DNA of 59,215 nucleotides, filler included, from Dimargaris cristalligena (Eukaryota): NCBI GenBank assembly GCA_003614675.1. It is 6 parts of 6 records of this genome, joined end to end, with 100 filler letters (N's around TTAATTAATTAA, not from the genome) between each part and the next. Parts side by side here need not be neighbours in the genome. Positions count along the whole stretch, not along the records: positions 9,907 to 19,702 come from ML003230.1; positions 19,803 to 29,595 come from ML003231.1; 4 more parts are not named here. One strand, 5' to 3'. Shown piece by piece: positions 11,911 to 22,656 of this stretch (position 1 is its first letter; each line of letters starts with the position of its first letter). The notes under the pieces were generated by a model. It saw only the letters and a program-made list of their open reading frames with translations, ran no database searches and was not told where the DNA came from. The position numbers and the translations under genes were made by a program.

Positions 11911-13831
11911 ATGACCCGCGTATACATCGGTAACCTCGGCTTTGACGCCCGCACCCGTGACGTCGAAAAGCTGCTGCGCCCGTATGGTCGCTTTTATGAC
12001 CTGACTATGCGCAGAGGCTATGCCTTTGTCAGTTTTGAGTCGCGCCGGGACGCCGAAGACGCCCTTTACGACTTGGACCGCACTCGCTTCTTGGGGGACA
12101 GGTAAAGTACTCCCTGGTTTAGCAACACGTCTAAAAATACTTTTAGTACATTAAGTGTAATGATCCCCCAGTGTCACAAAACCCCCTAGAAAGCCATTGC
12201 TTTAACCAATATTGCAAACGGCCCTTGAACTCCCCACTCACATTGAAGCATTTTCGCCGATATTTAACTATCCTTACATTTCTGAATCATTGTTGCCTGT
12301 TCCGGTTAATTATCCACATCCCCATCCTACTGATCATTTTAGAATCACGGTTGAATACGCCAAGTCCGATGGACGTCGTGAGCGTTCGATGCGTCCCATC
12401 AAAGAGGGATGTGACCTGATTATCGAAAATCTGTCCTCCCGTGCGTCCTGGAAGGTAAGTATAACATCCTCTATCGGATGAACCCAAAAATAATTTACAT
12501 TGGTATTAAAAGAATAGATTAAAAAAAGATGTCGCTCTTCAGAAGCTTTCTTTCGCTGCTTTGCCTTCAAAGCATTTTTATCCGTCTGTGAAAATGCTCT
12601 GTGTTGGGATCCTGATAGCTTCATGCGACCCGCGGGCGGACACAGGCGACCTATCAATTGCGACACTTCCCGTATATGGTACTCGCGACCTGATGACCTA
12701 ACCTGGATGATATCGGCTGGCCACTTGGGCGTTAGCGTCTCCAGGTTCGTAGTGGCCGTTTCCCATATCCTCTGGTCCAGCGAGTCGTGGTTGGTCGCAG
12801 TGAATACCTCCCTCACCCCGCGCCAGTTGGTGCACTGATACATACGCTCCAGTCCCCATTAAGTCGCTTGGTCCCAACTGGTTTCTTAGTAGGGTAATAT
12901 TCGCGGTGCCCCTTCTCATTCGCCTGACCATGGTCAATTCAGTTGTTGTTGTTGTTTTTTTTTCGCAAACCAAAAGTACCTTGTTGGCCGACTCCAGAAA
13001 TGATCTAACCCACCCGCCCTTGGCCAACACTTCTCCCGGACTCGGCGATCTCCCCTATGTTTATTTGCGCTTTGACAACAGGATTTGAAAGATCTTATGC
13101 GGCCCATCGGCCCCGTGACTTTTGCAGACTGCCACAAGGAATATTCCGGTGAAGGGTAAGACTACTCTGTATTGATGTATTCCAAACGCAAAGACGCTAA
13201 CTGCTGATCACACTATCCACGCATTGGGAACCAAGTAAAATGGGTAATCCTGTACTAATTATTTACATCCTGAATACACTATACCGGATTGGCTGGTCGT
13301 CCCACACTCTAGAATTGTGCAATTCAAGTTCCCTGAAGATGCTGAACGTGCGATTCGTAAGCTGGACGGTATTGAATTCATGGGTCGACGAATTGGAGTG
13401 AGAGAGGTAGGTATTGGTCAAATGGTTCACTACTTTGGAACTATATCCCCCTTGCTGCTTTTACTGAGTTGACCCCATCATGCCACTTACATATCTAACC
13501 CCTCTTATATTGAAATACCCGATACTTTGGCCCACAGGCACGCAGACCTAGCCGTGGTCATGGTCGGGGTCGCGACTCTAGCCGTAGCCGCAGCCCCAGT
13601 CGATCCCCCCGTCACTCTAGACGCCATTCTCAATCAGACCACCGCTCCTATTCCCCCCGACCCCGCTCTCGCAGTCTCTCCCATGACCGTCGCCAGTCTA
13701 GATCCCCGTCCCGCAGCCGCTCCCCCCGTCGCTCGCCCTCCCCTAAGCCTCGTTCCGTTGACCTAATTGACCGTGATGACCATAGCGTCCATGATGATCA
13801 AGATGAAGTCATGGATGGTGGCCGCTTTTAG
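11911..13831 (+). CDS. SR splicing factor, SRSF4/5/6 (Srp2)-like: RRM + pseudo-RRM + RS domain, 5 exons
   Basis: Exons 11911-12101, 12343-12454, 13082-13155, 13313-13406 and 13538-13831 splice in frame. Motifs: RVYIGNL, GYAFVSF, SWK|DLKD (pseudo-RRM), and an SRSRSP-rich tail. Confidence 0.92.
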
Positions 13832-15375
13832 CAAACGCCCTGTCTACCTACTCGATATCCCCTTTACAGAGGTGGCCTATATACATAGCGACGAGTCTGC
13901 CATATTACCCTTCACATCACTCATTTTTACTTCCTAGCGGGCTCTACCGCCAAACTGAAATCATTGCAATCGGGGGGAAGAATTATAGTCAAAAGAGGGG
14001 GGAATACCAGTTTCGGATTTAAAACAGCTATTACGTCAGTACCGCCGACCAGCCCATTGCCAAATGCCTATCCTTTTTATCCCCCCCCAGTTACCTTAGC
14101 ACCTACAATTTTATTGGACATATAGTGGAAACCATACCCCCCTTTCTATTTGACAGTTCATGGACCCACTATTTCAGAGCGCACCTCAGGACACTAAAGG
14201 AGGTAGGGTCTACTTAATGGTCGTGCAACTAGAGTGTTGCCCAGTATTAACTGGTATTGAATAACCTGCAGTTCCACTCCGGACATGTACGATTCGAATA
14301 GTGCAATTGAACTGCCATAATTAATCGCACTAAAGAATTGAGATAAACAACATGGTTCCCCGTATCCATCCTAAACCAATACCATACACCTTCAACTAAG
14401 ACGATTAATTAGGGAATATAGTCACTAAGAATATTCAAGCGCCTGGCTATTGGGGTAACCAACCGACGCAAAATACGCGGATATATAAGGGGGATTGATT
14501 GGGATGGTCGACTGGAAGAGGGGAAGGCGTTTCATATTCAACAACCCACTAAAGGGGTAGAAGGCTATGAGTTGGTGACCAGTCTAAGGAGAAATCCTAC
14601 TGAACTATTCACCCATAGACACGGAAAGGTGGAGAGTAAACAAAAGCAATACCGGATAGAAAGACTTGACAGTGAATCATTCCGTATCCCCCTCCGCTTC
14701 CCCAACCCCGTCAGTAGAATAGGTGCATCTTGTCGGGGGAGTTGGGGATGGGGCCCCACCCATTCTATTGTTGAGTCGATAAAAGGCTTCAGTCCAGTGG
14801 CCTTGGTCATTAGGGGACATACCCCACCGCCGCTAATGATTTACAGTCTCCATAAAGCAGGGGCACACCACCTATGAGTACCTTGCACCAAAGCAGCAGT
14901 AAACCAGGAAGTGGGGGCTCTGAATGAACATGACTGTCGGACATCGGATCCAGCTTATCAGCACTGACCTAGCTTCACGGAGGTGCATGACGCTGACCGA
15001 CACACGGCCATGTGGCCCTGGCTGGGGGACACGGGGATGCAACGGAGCACTTATTTGGAGTGAACCAGAGACCTGTATATGGCATCCATTGGACAGATGG
15101 CCACAATGACCCACACCAACTAACCCCTGAGGCCCCCAAATGATAGCAGGGGAATCGGCCCAAAAAATCGGAAAGATAACTTACAAACTGCCTTGCGAAC
15201 GATTCTTAGGTGGTTAGTATTAGCGATACCCTCTTAGTTGGGGGTAGATTGGGTGGGTGCCCCCTTGCCTTGCGGTAACCACACAGCACCTCCCGTCGGT
15301 AGCGGGCCACTGCTATCATTTCGTAAAAATACTCCGATACTCTCCGGATAGATACATGGCCGCCATTTCGGGGCC

Positions 15376-15383
15376 TATATAAA
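15376..15383 (+). promoter_or_regulatory. TATA box of the repeat-precursor gene
   Basis: TATATAAA in GC flanks, ~310 bp upstream of ATG 15688, followed by a pyrimidine-rich leader. AATAAA lies at 17361 after the stop. Confidence 0.6.
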
Positions 15384-15687
15384 CCCGGGCGACGCCCTTC
15401 TCTAATCAGACATCCATCGCATTCGCATTCTCTTGCCCATTCTTTCTACATCTCGTTGGCTTTTCTGCCTTCTCATCCGCTGGTCGACCTTGTACATCTG
15501 TGAACTCCTTGCTCCTTCTAATACAATCCTTACATAATTACCATCTCTATATTACGCAAAAAAATATATATATTGATTTATTTCATTCGCATATTGCTAA
15601 TCTACGTTTAATTTCATATCATTCTCCAATAACCTACTTCATCCCACCTAATCCTCCCCCCTTTCTCTTTCAATAATCATCATCATC

Positions 15688-17265
15688 ATGAAGGTCACCA
15701 TCTCCGTTCTCGCTCTGATTGCACTGTCGGCCACTGCCTCCGCCGGAACCGTGCCCGCCGTCGAGCCTCGCTTCAACAAGTTGCTCGATAACGGTGTCAA
15801 GGTGAATGCCAATGCCAACGATCATTCCAAGGCCAAGCGTTTCGAGAAGCTGCTGGATAACGGTGTTCTCGCGAATGTGAATGTCCTGAATGATCACTCC
15901 AAGGTAAAGCGCTTTGAGAAGCTGCTCGACAATGGCATCAAGGCCGGCGTCAACGCTCTCAACGACCAATCCATGGGCAAACGTTTCGAGAAGCTAATTG
16001 ATAACGGTGTCCTCGCCAACGTCAACCTCCTAAACGATCATTCCAAGGCCAAGCGGTTTGAGAAGTTGCTTAACGACGTCATCAAGGTCGACGCCAATGC
16101 CCTGAATGACCATTCCAAGGCCAAGCGGTTCGAAAAGCTGCTCGATAACGGTGTCAAGGTGAATGCCAATGCCCTCAACGAACACTCTAAGACCAAGCGC
16201 TTCGAGAAGCTGCTGGACAACGGTGTCCTCGCCAACGTCAACCTCCTGAATGATCATTCCAAGGCCAACCGCTTTGAGAAGTTTCTTGACAATGGCATCC
16301 TCGCTAACGTCCATGTCCTGGACGACCATTCGAAGGCCAAGCGTTTTGAGAAGCTGCTAAACAATGGTGTGTTGGGCAATGCTAACGTCCTCAATGACCG
16401 TAGCAAGGCCAAGCGCTTCAACAAACTGTTAGACAATGTAGTTAAGGTTCACTTGAATGTCCTGAATGACCATTCCAAGGCCAAGCGTTTTGAGAAGTTG
16501 CTCGACAACGGGATCCTGGTTAAGGCGAATGCCGTCAATGACCATTCCAAGGCGAAGCGGTTCGACAAGCTCCTCGATAACGGTGTGCTAGCTAACATTC
16601 ACATTTTGAACGAACACTCGAAGGCTAAGCGTTACGACAGGCTGCTGGATAACGGCATCGCGTCCGAGTTCCGTGCTCTCGACGAGCATGGTGCTATGGA
16701 CAAGCGCTTTGAGAAGCTGCTCGACAATGGTGTGTTGGCCAACGTGAACGCTCTGAATGACCATAGCAAGGCCAAGCGGTTCACCAAGTTGCTCGACAAT
16801 GTACTGAAGGTCGACTTGAATGCCCTCAATGACCACTCCCGTGTCACCCATCACTTTACCAAGCTCCTCGATAATGTGGTCAAGGTCGACCTCAACGCCC
16901 TCAATGACGTTAACCGTCGTGGGGAATCGGTCGATAATACCTCGAGCGGACTTCGTATGGAAAAGCGTTTCACCAAGCTGCTCGACAACGTCATCAAGGC
17001 CGATGTCAATGCCTTGAATGGCCACTCCAAGGCCAAGCGGTTCGAAAAGTTGCTCGATAACGGTGTCCTGGTCAATGCCAATGCGGCCAACGGTCACTCC
17101 AAGGCGAAGCGCTTCACCAAGCTTCTAGATAACGGCGTCTTCGCCAACATTAATGTACTGAATGATAAGTCCAAGAGCAAGCGTTTCAACAAGCTGTTAG
17201 ACAATGGTGTTGCGGCCAATGCGAACGCTCTCAATGATATGAGCACTTACCGCCCTAGGTATTAA
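15688..17265 (+). CDS. Secreted Kex2-processed repeat protein (multi-peptide precursor, 20 repeats)
   Basis: Signal peptide MKVTISVLALIALSATASA, then 20 units of consensus F(E/T/N)KLLDN(G/V)VxANVNxLNDHSKA. 17 KR sites plus one RR separate them. Single exon with strong coding-type codon bias. Confidence 0.93.
   Translation: MKVTISVLALIALSATASAGTVPAVEPRFNKLLDNGVKVNANANDHSKAKRFEKLLDNGVLANVNVLNDHSKVKRFEKLLDNGIKAGVNALNDQSMGKRFEKLIDNGVLANVNLLNDHSKAKRFEKLLNDVIKVDANALNDHSKAKRFEKLLDNGVKVNANALNEHSKTKRFEKLLDNGVLANVNLLNDHSKANRFEKFLDNGILANVHVLDDHSKAKRFEKLLNNGVLGNANVLNDRSKAKRFNKLLDNVVKVHLNVLNDHSKAKRFEKLLDNGILVKANAVNDHSKAKRFDKLLDNGVLANIHILNEHSKAKRYDRLLDNGIASEFRALDEHGAMDKRFEKLLDNGVLANVNALNDHSKAKRFTKLLDNVLKVDLNALNDHSRVTHHFTKLLDNVVKVDLNALNDVNRRGESVDNTSSGLRMEKRFTKLLDNVIKADVNALNGHSKAKRFEKLLDNGVLVNANAANGHSKAKRFTKLLDNGVFANINVLNDKSKSKRFNKLLDNGVAANANALNDMSTYRPRY
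15772..17262 (+). repeat. ~72-bp coding tandem repeat x20, diverged at synonymous sites
   Basis: Recurrent tt(c/t)gagaagctgct(c/g)ga(c/t)aa(c/t)gg...aaggccaagcg units with variable third codon positions. Confidence 0.92.
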
Positions 17266-17740
17266 GCCCCCTTTTCTTCAGTTGAATTCAACCCCCCCCT
17301 TAACTCGATAATCTCACATTCTGCATATCACTAAATATCGATATATAACCATCCGGAAACAATAAACCACTCTTGATTTACCCATACTTTGGACGTGAAC
17401 AATATGATCGGGGAATTCCCATTGTGATGCTGGGTGCGGGCCTGGGTCAGGGTAGCCGTATAAAAACCATTACTGCTGGTTATCGAATAGGGATTATGTC
17501 AGCGTATTCGCGCAACGAGTTTAATACTTCCTCGTATTCACGAGCAGACGCTCTCCCCACCCCTCTTTCACCACTTGACACTTTTGTTAGGCACTTCTCT
17601 GCAAAGCTGGACCTTTGCCGTTTTTTTCTTAAAACTTGTTCTGACTCGCCATTATTACTACGTTTTCACTAGTCCGTTGCTAAACCCTTTTTCCTTGTTC
17701 AGTTAGCTCAAATTTTTTTGTTCCAACCCCGGTCACTACC

Positions 17741-19702
17741 ATGACCCAACGGTCCGACCAAGTGCATCTCGTTCTCGAGGGCCTCGTGCCATTAGCCGCC
17801 GTTGCCGACCGTCTCCATTTACCCCGTTTGGACGACGCTCTTCTTTTGTCCCCTTTCAGTCCCGCCACCCAATCGACGCATTCATCCGATGACCTAGATG
17901 CCCCGGCCAGCCGACCCACCAGTCCCCTGGGCGATTTGCCGCGCAAGACGGTACCCCAGTTCGGCCCGGCCTTCGATCTGCGCGTGGCCAAGTTGTCCGT
18001 CTCCTTCCGTTCCGAATACCTGGCTATCGCCACGGAGGGTCGGTATGCCCTATTGAATACCCAACCCCCTTCCAGGTTCGTGCAGGACGGCTTCCGAGTC
18101 GTCAGCTTCGGCCCCGAGTTGGCGGATGAGCATATTACGGCGATATTCTGTCTCCCCTTTTACCAGCCGTCGGGGCGCATGGGCCCGACGGACGTGGTCG
18201 TGGCCGTGGGCTACAGCAACGGGGGGTTCCGTATATTCTCCCAAGACGGTCACTTGCTGATATCGCAGCGGTTGCATTCGATGCCTTTAATTAAAATTAA
18301 ATTCCGCCCGGCCAAGCCTGACGACCCCTTTTTGGCTAGTCCGTTTGAGACCTGGCGTTCCCCGTCGACTACCAAACACCGCAGTGGGTCTGCATCGTAT
18401 CGGGCCGGCAGTTCCCCGTCCTCCCGGCGGTCCTCCATTCATTTGGACACTTACGCGCCGCCGGCGCCCGGTTCGACCGCGCAGGCGGGTTCGCCGACCA
18501 CCAACAATGGTCGACCACCCATGGGCGGCCATATCGAAGAAGACGACGACGAGCTACTGCTGGTCTTTGCGGACGGACAGGTCGTGACGATTCTGGGCAA
18601 AAGTCTCTGGATTGCCATTCGCATTTGTATCGGCGAACTCGGTAATACCAACACCAATTTGGCACTGGGTACCGCGCTCACCCAACCCGTGGCCTTGTCC
18701 GCCGGGTCGTCGTTTAGCTACCGCAAATTCGTGCTGGGGAACCCCCAGCGCCAGGTCATGCGGGACGTCATTAGTTGCGGACCCTCTTGGCGGGGTCGCC
18801 ACCACGACCCCCCGTCGGCGGTGCGCACCCTCCTCAACCAGCAGGGCGCCTCCCCCGGCCAAGTAGCCTCGTTTAATCCGGCCCTCCTCACCGCGACCGC
18901 CCGGTTCGTGGCGGTGGGCAGTGCACCCATGGTGGGACTGTACAGCACCAACAAGGCCACGTCAGTATCCCATTCGATGACATCGATGGCGTCCACCATT
19001 GCCTCGAAAATGTCATCGGCGGTGTACGCTCTAGCGCGCAATTACTGGTGGGGTGGGGCTGCTGATGTCCCCCAAGAACATACTCCGCCGATGCCCGACC
19101 CGGCTATGATGGGCCCCGCGGGTAAATTCCTCACGTACGACTACGGGGCCGGTGATGCAGAACTAGAAGGCACGGCCGGGTGGACCGCCCCGACGGCGCT
19201 GAATATGGTCGCCCAAATCGCCGATAGTCAGCGACAAATTAGCCAAATCGTCCAGGCGCCGCCGGAATACCAACTAGGTGTGATGACTGATAATTTCGGC
19301 CGAGTGATGTTGATTGACCTGCTGAACTTGGAAATTATTCGTCTGTGGAAGGGACTACGTGAATGCCAGTGTGGCTGGATTGAAACACTTGTCGATGAGA
19401 ATGACCTGCGGGAAGCCAGTTGGGCCACCGGCCCGACGTCCCAGACGGTCGGTCGGAGTCGGCCTAGTTCGATGATTGGCACCCCGTTTACGTCCCCCCA
19501 CGGACCACCACCCCCCGGTGCCGAATTCCCAACCACGGGCACCCGGTCCCCTCGACCACCTCTCCCGTGGGCCATTCCTTCGAAAGGGGACTCCGACGGA
19601 AGTACCGAAGTAGTCGACCAGGCCACTCCGGGCAGTTCAGGGGATTCCTCCGCCGACCAACCCCCGCCGGCAGCCCCCTTATCGCCGCGCATCATGACTA
19701 AG
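17741..19702 (+). CDS. RAB3GAP2: Rab3-GAP non-catalytic subunit (RAB3GAP2 N-terminal domain), truncated by gap
   Basis: VAVGYSNGGFRIFSQDGHLLISQRLH and TDNFGRVMLIDL...IIRLWKGLRECQCGW match the RAB3GAP2_N family. Confidence 0.87.
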
Positions 19703-19802
19703 NNNNNNNNNNNNNNNNNNNNNNNNNNNNNNNNNNNNNNNNNNNNTTAATTAATTAANNNNNNNNNNNNNNNNNNNNNNNNNNNNNNNNNNNNNNNNNN
19801 NN
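19703..19802. other. Artificial contig spacer
   Basis: N44-TTAATTAATTAA-N44. Confidence 0.97.
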
Positions 19803-21234
19803 CAACTGGTATCCTTCAGTCGCTGGGAAATTTGGTTATTGACCGCGAGAAGTTCTTCCGCTGATTACCCGAGGCACTGTAATCGGCCTCATTCAGTCAC
19901 TATATTAACGGGTAAATTCGGTTTCAGATACTTCTGACCTTCCAAGTGGCGTATCTGTCGGTTGATTGTTGCATTTTGTCGCTGGAGGTGTTATTTATAT
20001 ATCCGCTGACCTGTTAGTGCATAACGCATGCTTTTATCGTTTCCTGTCTATCTGAAGCCGCAGCTCCGCTCTTTTTTTTCCTTCTCTTTACTAACTAAGG
20101 TACACTAGCTCCCCCACCCACAGCTAAGCGTCATAGCCCTCCCTCCCCCCCGGAAGTCAAACGTTCCTCAATCTATTTTTTCCGTCTAGCGCTCGTCTTT
20201 TTTTATTTTGAACAATCTCCTTCCCATCCCCCCTTTTCATCACCTCGAGCCCCGCTCACTTAGATCCATCGGCCGAGTACACACGCAATCTGGTTGTTGG
20301 CCCTGCAGTGCTACTAAATCCAACCCGTGTGTTTTATCGCCAGTGCCAATTCCTCGAGCGTCTACTATACTTTGGCCTTACTGCCTCTCCCTGTGGTTAT
20401 ATAACCTTTCTTCTACCTAGATCGGGGTGTTTTATTTCTTTCCGAGCTCTCGTATCGAAGTCTAGACCCTCTTTAATATTTCGTGAGGCCTAACTTGCGT
20501 CACTGCCTTTTCTATTCCTGCAGATTTTGGTAACCTTGCCAATGCTGATTATCACCAGACACTTCTTATCCCCCTCCATACCGCACCCTCTCTTACTAGC
20601 GATTATTGTCCTTCTTATTCCCCCCCTACACCGTTTAGCTTATTGTCTTTCACTTCTCTTCACCCGCGCCCCCTCCCTCCATTAGGAACTCCGTTCCTTC
20701 CTTGTATGATAGTGCCCGCGACTAGAGTTCGTTGTCTTTCCTTTAATAGCGCAGTAGTCTTATTATACATACGTATATTTGTTCAATCAGTAATATCTCC
20801 TATAGCGTCCCCCCTCCCCCTTTAGCTTTAATTCTTCCCCCTCCTCCTCTCCCCCTTCGTTATCTATATATACTCTCATCAACTCTTAGCGTGCATAATC
20901 CCATCATCCTTTCTAGACATCATTGCTTATTCAATTTACCGCTCTGGGGTAATTTATTTTAAACCCGTCCACTTGTTTATACGTCCTATCCACATTCCTT
21001 TGTTTGATCACTGCCATTTAGATCTCTCTCTTTTTTTTTTAAGTCTAAGTTACCGGGGCATTTTCCTTCGCCAAGATATATCTACTTGTCCGATCCACTT
21101 TCAGAAGGATCGATCCCGTCTTTCCACTTTGGTTGGCCCACGCCCACTGACTTTCGGTCACCTTTTTTGGTAGCTACAGTCACCAACCAGCACGCAGTTT
21201 ACCTTGATTACCATTGACCCCCCTTGTTTACTAA

Positions 21235-22656
21235 ATGTCGGACTCTCCTTCCGTGTCTCCCGAGCGTTCCAACTCGCCCCCCTCCAACACCCACCCTTCG
21301 CCTTCGAGTGCGCCCGCCAGCGGTCGTCGTGTGGTCCGTGACGTCAACTGGCGTGATGTGGAGACCTTCCGGCTTCTCCAAATTAAGCGTGAAATTAGCG
21401 AAGAGTCCCGGCGAAGTCGCTTTAACAGTAACCTTTGGGCATTGGTATCGTATAGGATGCGTGAGGCAGGTTACCAACGGACTGCATATCAGTGCATCAC
21501 CCGCTGGCGCCGCCTGGTTCAGCGGTATCACGAGCTACAGCGTATTCACCAAGAGAACCCCCAGCAAGTACAGTCCTGGACCTACTACCGCGAAATGGAA
21601 GAGCAGATGGATGCGGTCGAAAGGCGAGCTAGCGTGCCTCGCCGTTCCGCAGTTGGAGGCCGGCGTCGGGAGGGCTCTCTGTCCGTCCCGTCCGTCTCCC
21701 CAGTTGGCACACCAACCTCCTTAAACTTCTCGGTCCCCATGAACAATGTGCGATCGGGGCCAAGTATGGTTATTCGGTCACCTCCTCTCGCCCGGCGCTC
21801 CGCCCGGGAATTGACCAATCCCTATATACTGACAGCGCCCGTGACCGATGGACTCCCTTATCCACCGCTCATCGACGATGGCCGGGCCGGTAACAGTGGC
21901 GACGAGAGCAGGGGCAACCCCCAGGTGGTGGGGGCTCCTCTCCACTGTCGCAGTAGAGGTAGCTTTTCCTCTGGCCAATCTAATCAATTGCCACCACTCA
22001 GCTCGGTCCATCCTTTAGCTCCAGTTTCTAACCCCCTTCGCCACCGGTCTTCACCGCTTCTATCTGGAGCCACGCCCTCTCATTTTCCGAGCCCACTGAA
22101 CCTGTCCCTCCCCCGGTCATCTCGGCCTATAGGACCTGGCCCACCGCCTCCCGGCATGCATGGTCGCCCCTTCTCGCCTACGCGCCCAGGTCCCCACATA
22201 TCATCTCCGCACGATCCTTTGCCTCGTTTATCTATGCTCCATGAGCCCCCCAATCCGGGACCGCCCCCTCCCGTAAACACCGGTAATATCTATTCGACCC
22301 TGTCTAGTCCCCGACCCCCGCTTCCATCCGAAACTCTACAAGCGCTGAACGAATCCCTCAATATCCTGCGGGATAATCAGCAAACCATGACCCATTTCCA
22401 CGAGCGTCTTCTCCATGAGCTGCACCAACAGCGAGCTGAGAACAATTTGATCCGCCAAGAGCGCAAACAGGAGTTTACCAGCTATATCGAGGAACTCCGT
22501 GAGGAGCGACGCCAGTGTCACACACTCATTTCAGAGAGTCAGGAGCGTTTCATCACCTTCCTTAAGGATCTGTGTCTAGAAATGTCTAGTAAGCTTAGTG
22601 CCTCGCGGTGCCCCACTCACCAACATCAATCACCCGCTGATCACTCTATGGAGTAG
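21235..22656 (+). CDS. Myb/SANT-like (trihelix-type) DNA-binding protein with Pro/Ser-rich middle and C-terminal coiled coil
   Basis: WRDVETFRLL...LWALVSYRMREAGYQRTAYQCITRWRRL is the trihelix pattern. The C-terminus is E/Q/R-rich and helical. Confidence 0.82.
   Translation: MSDSPSVSPERSNSPPSNTHPSPSSAPASGRRVVRDVNWRDVETFRLLQIKREISEESRRSRFNSNLWALVSYRMREAGYQRTAYQCITRWRRLVQRYHELQRIHQENPQQVQSWTYYREMEEQMDAVERRASVPRRSAVGGRRREGSLSVPSVSPVGTPTSLNFSVPMNNVRSGPSMVIRSPPLARRSARELTNPYILTAPVTDGLPYPPLIDDGRAGNSGDESRGNPQVVGAPLHCRSRGSFSSGQSNQLPPLSSVHPLAPVSNPLRHRSSPLLSGATPSHFPSPLNLSLPRSSRPIGPGPPPPGMHGRPFSPTRPGPHISSPHDPLPRLSMLHEPPNPGPPPPVNTGNIYSTLSSPRPPLPSETLQALNESLNILRDNQQTMTHFHERLLHELHQQRAENNLIRQERKQEFTSYIEELREERRQCHTLISESQERFITFLKDLCLEMSSKLSASRCPTHQHQSPADHSME

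Noticed and set aside
15670..17097. Repetitive antisense ORFs over the precursor gene
   Set aside because: They are shadows of codon bias in the sense repeat.
15772..17262. Regular repeat array as a possible CRISPR or satellite
   Set aside because: The repeats are in-frame coding units with synonymous variation, have no unique spacers, and lie in a eukaryotic gene.
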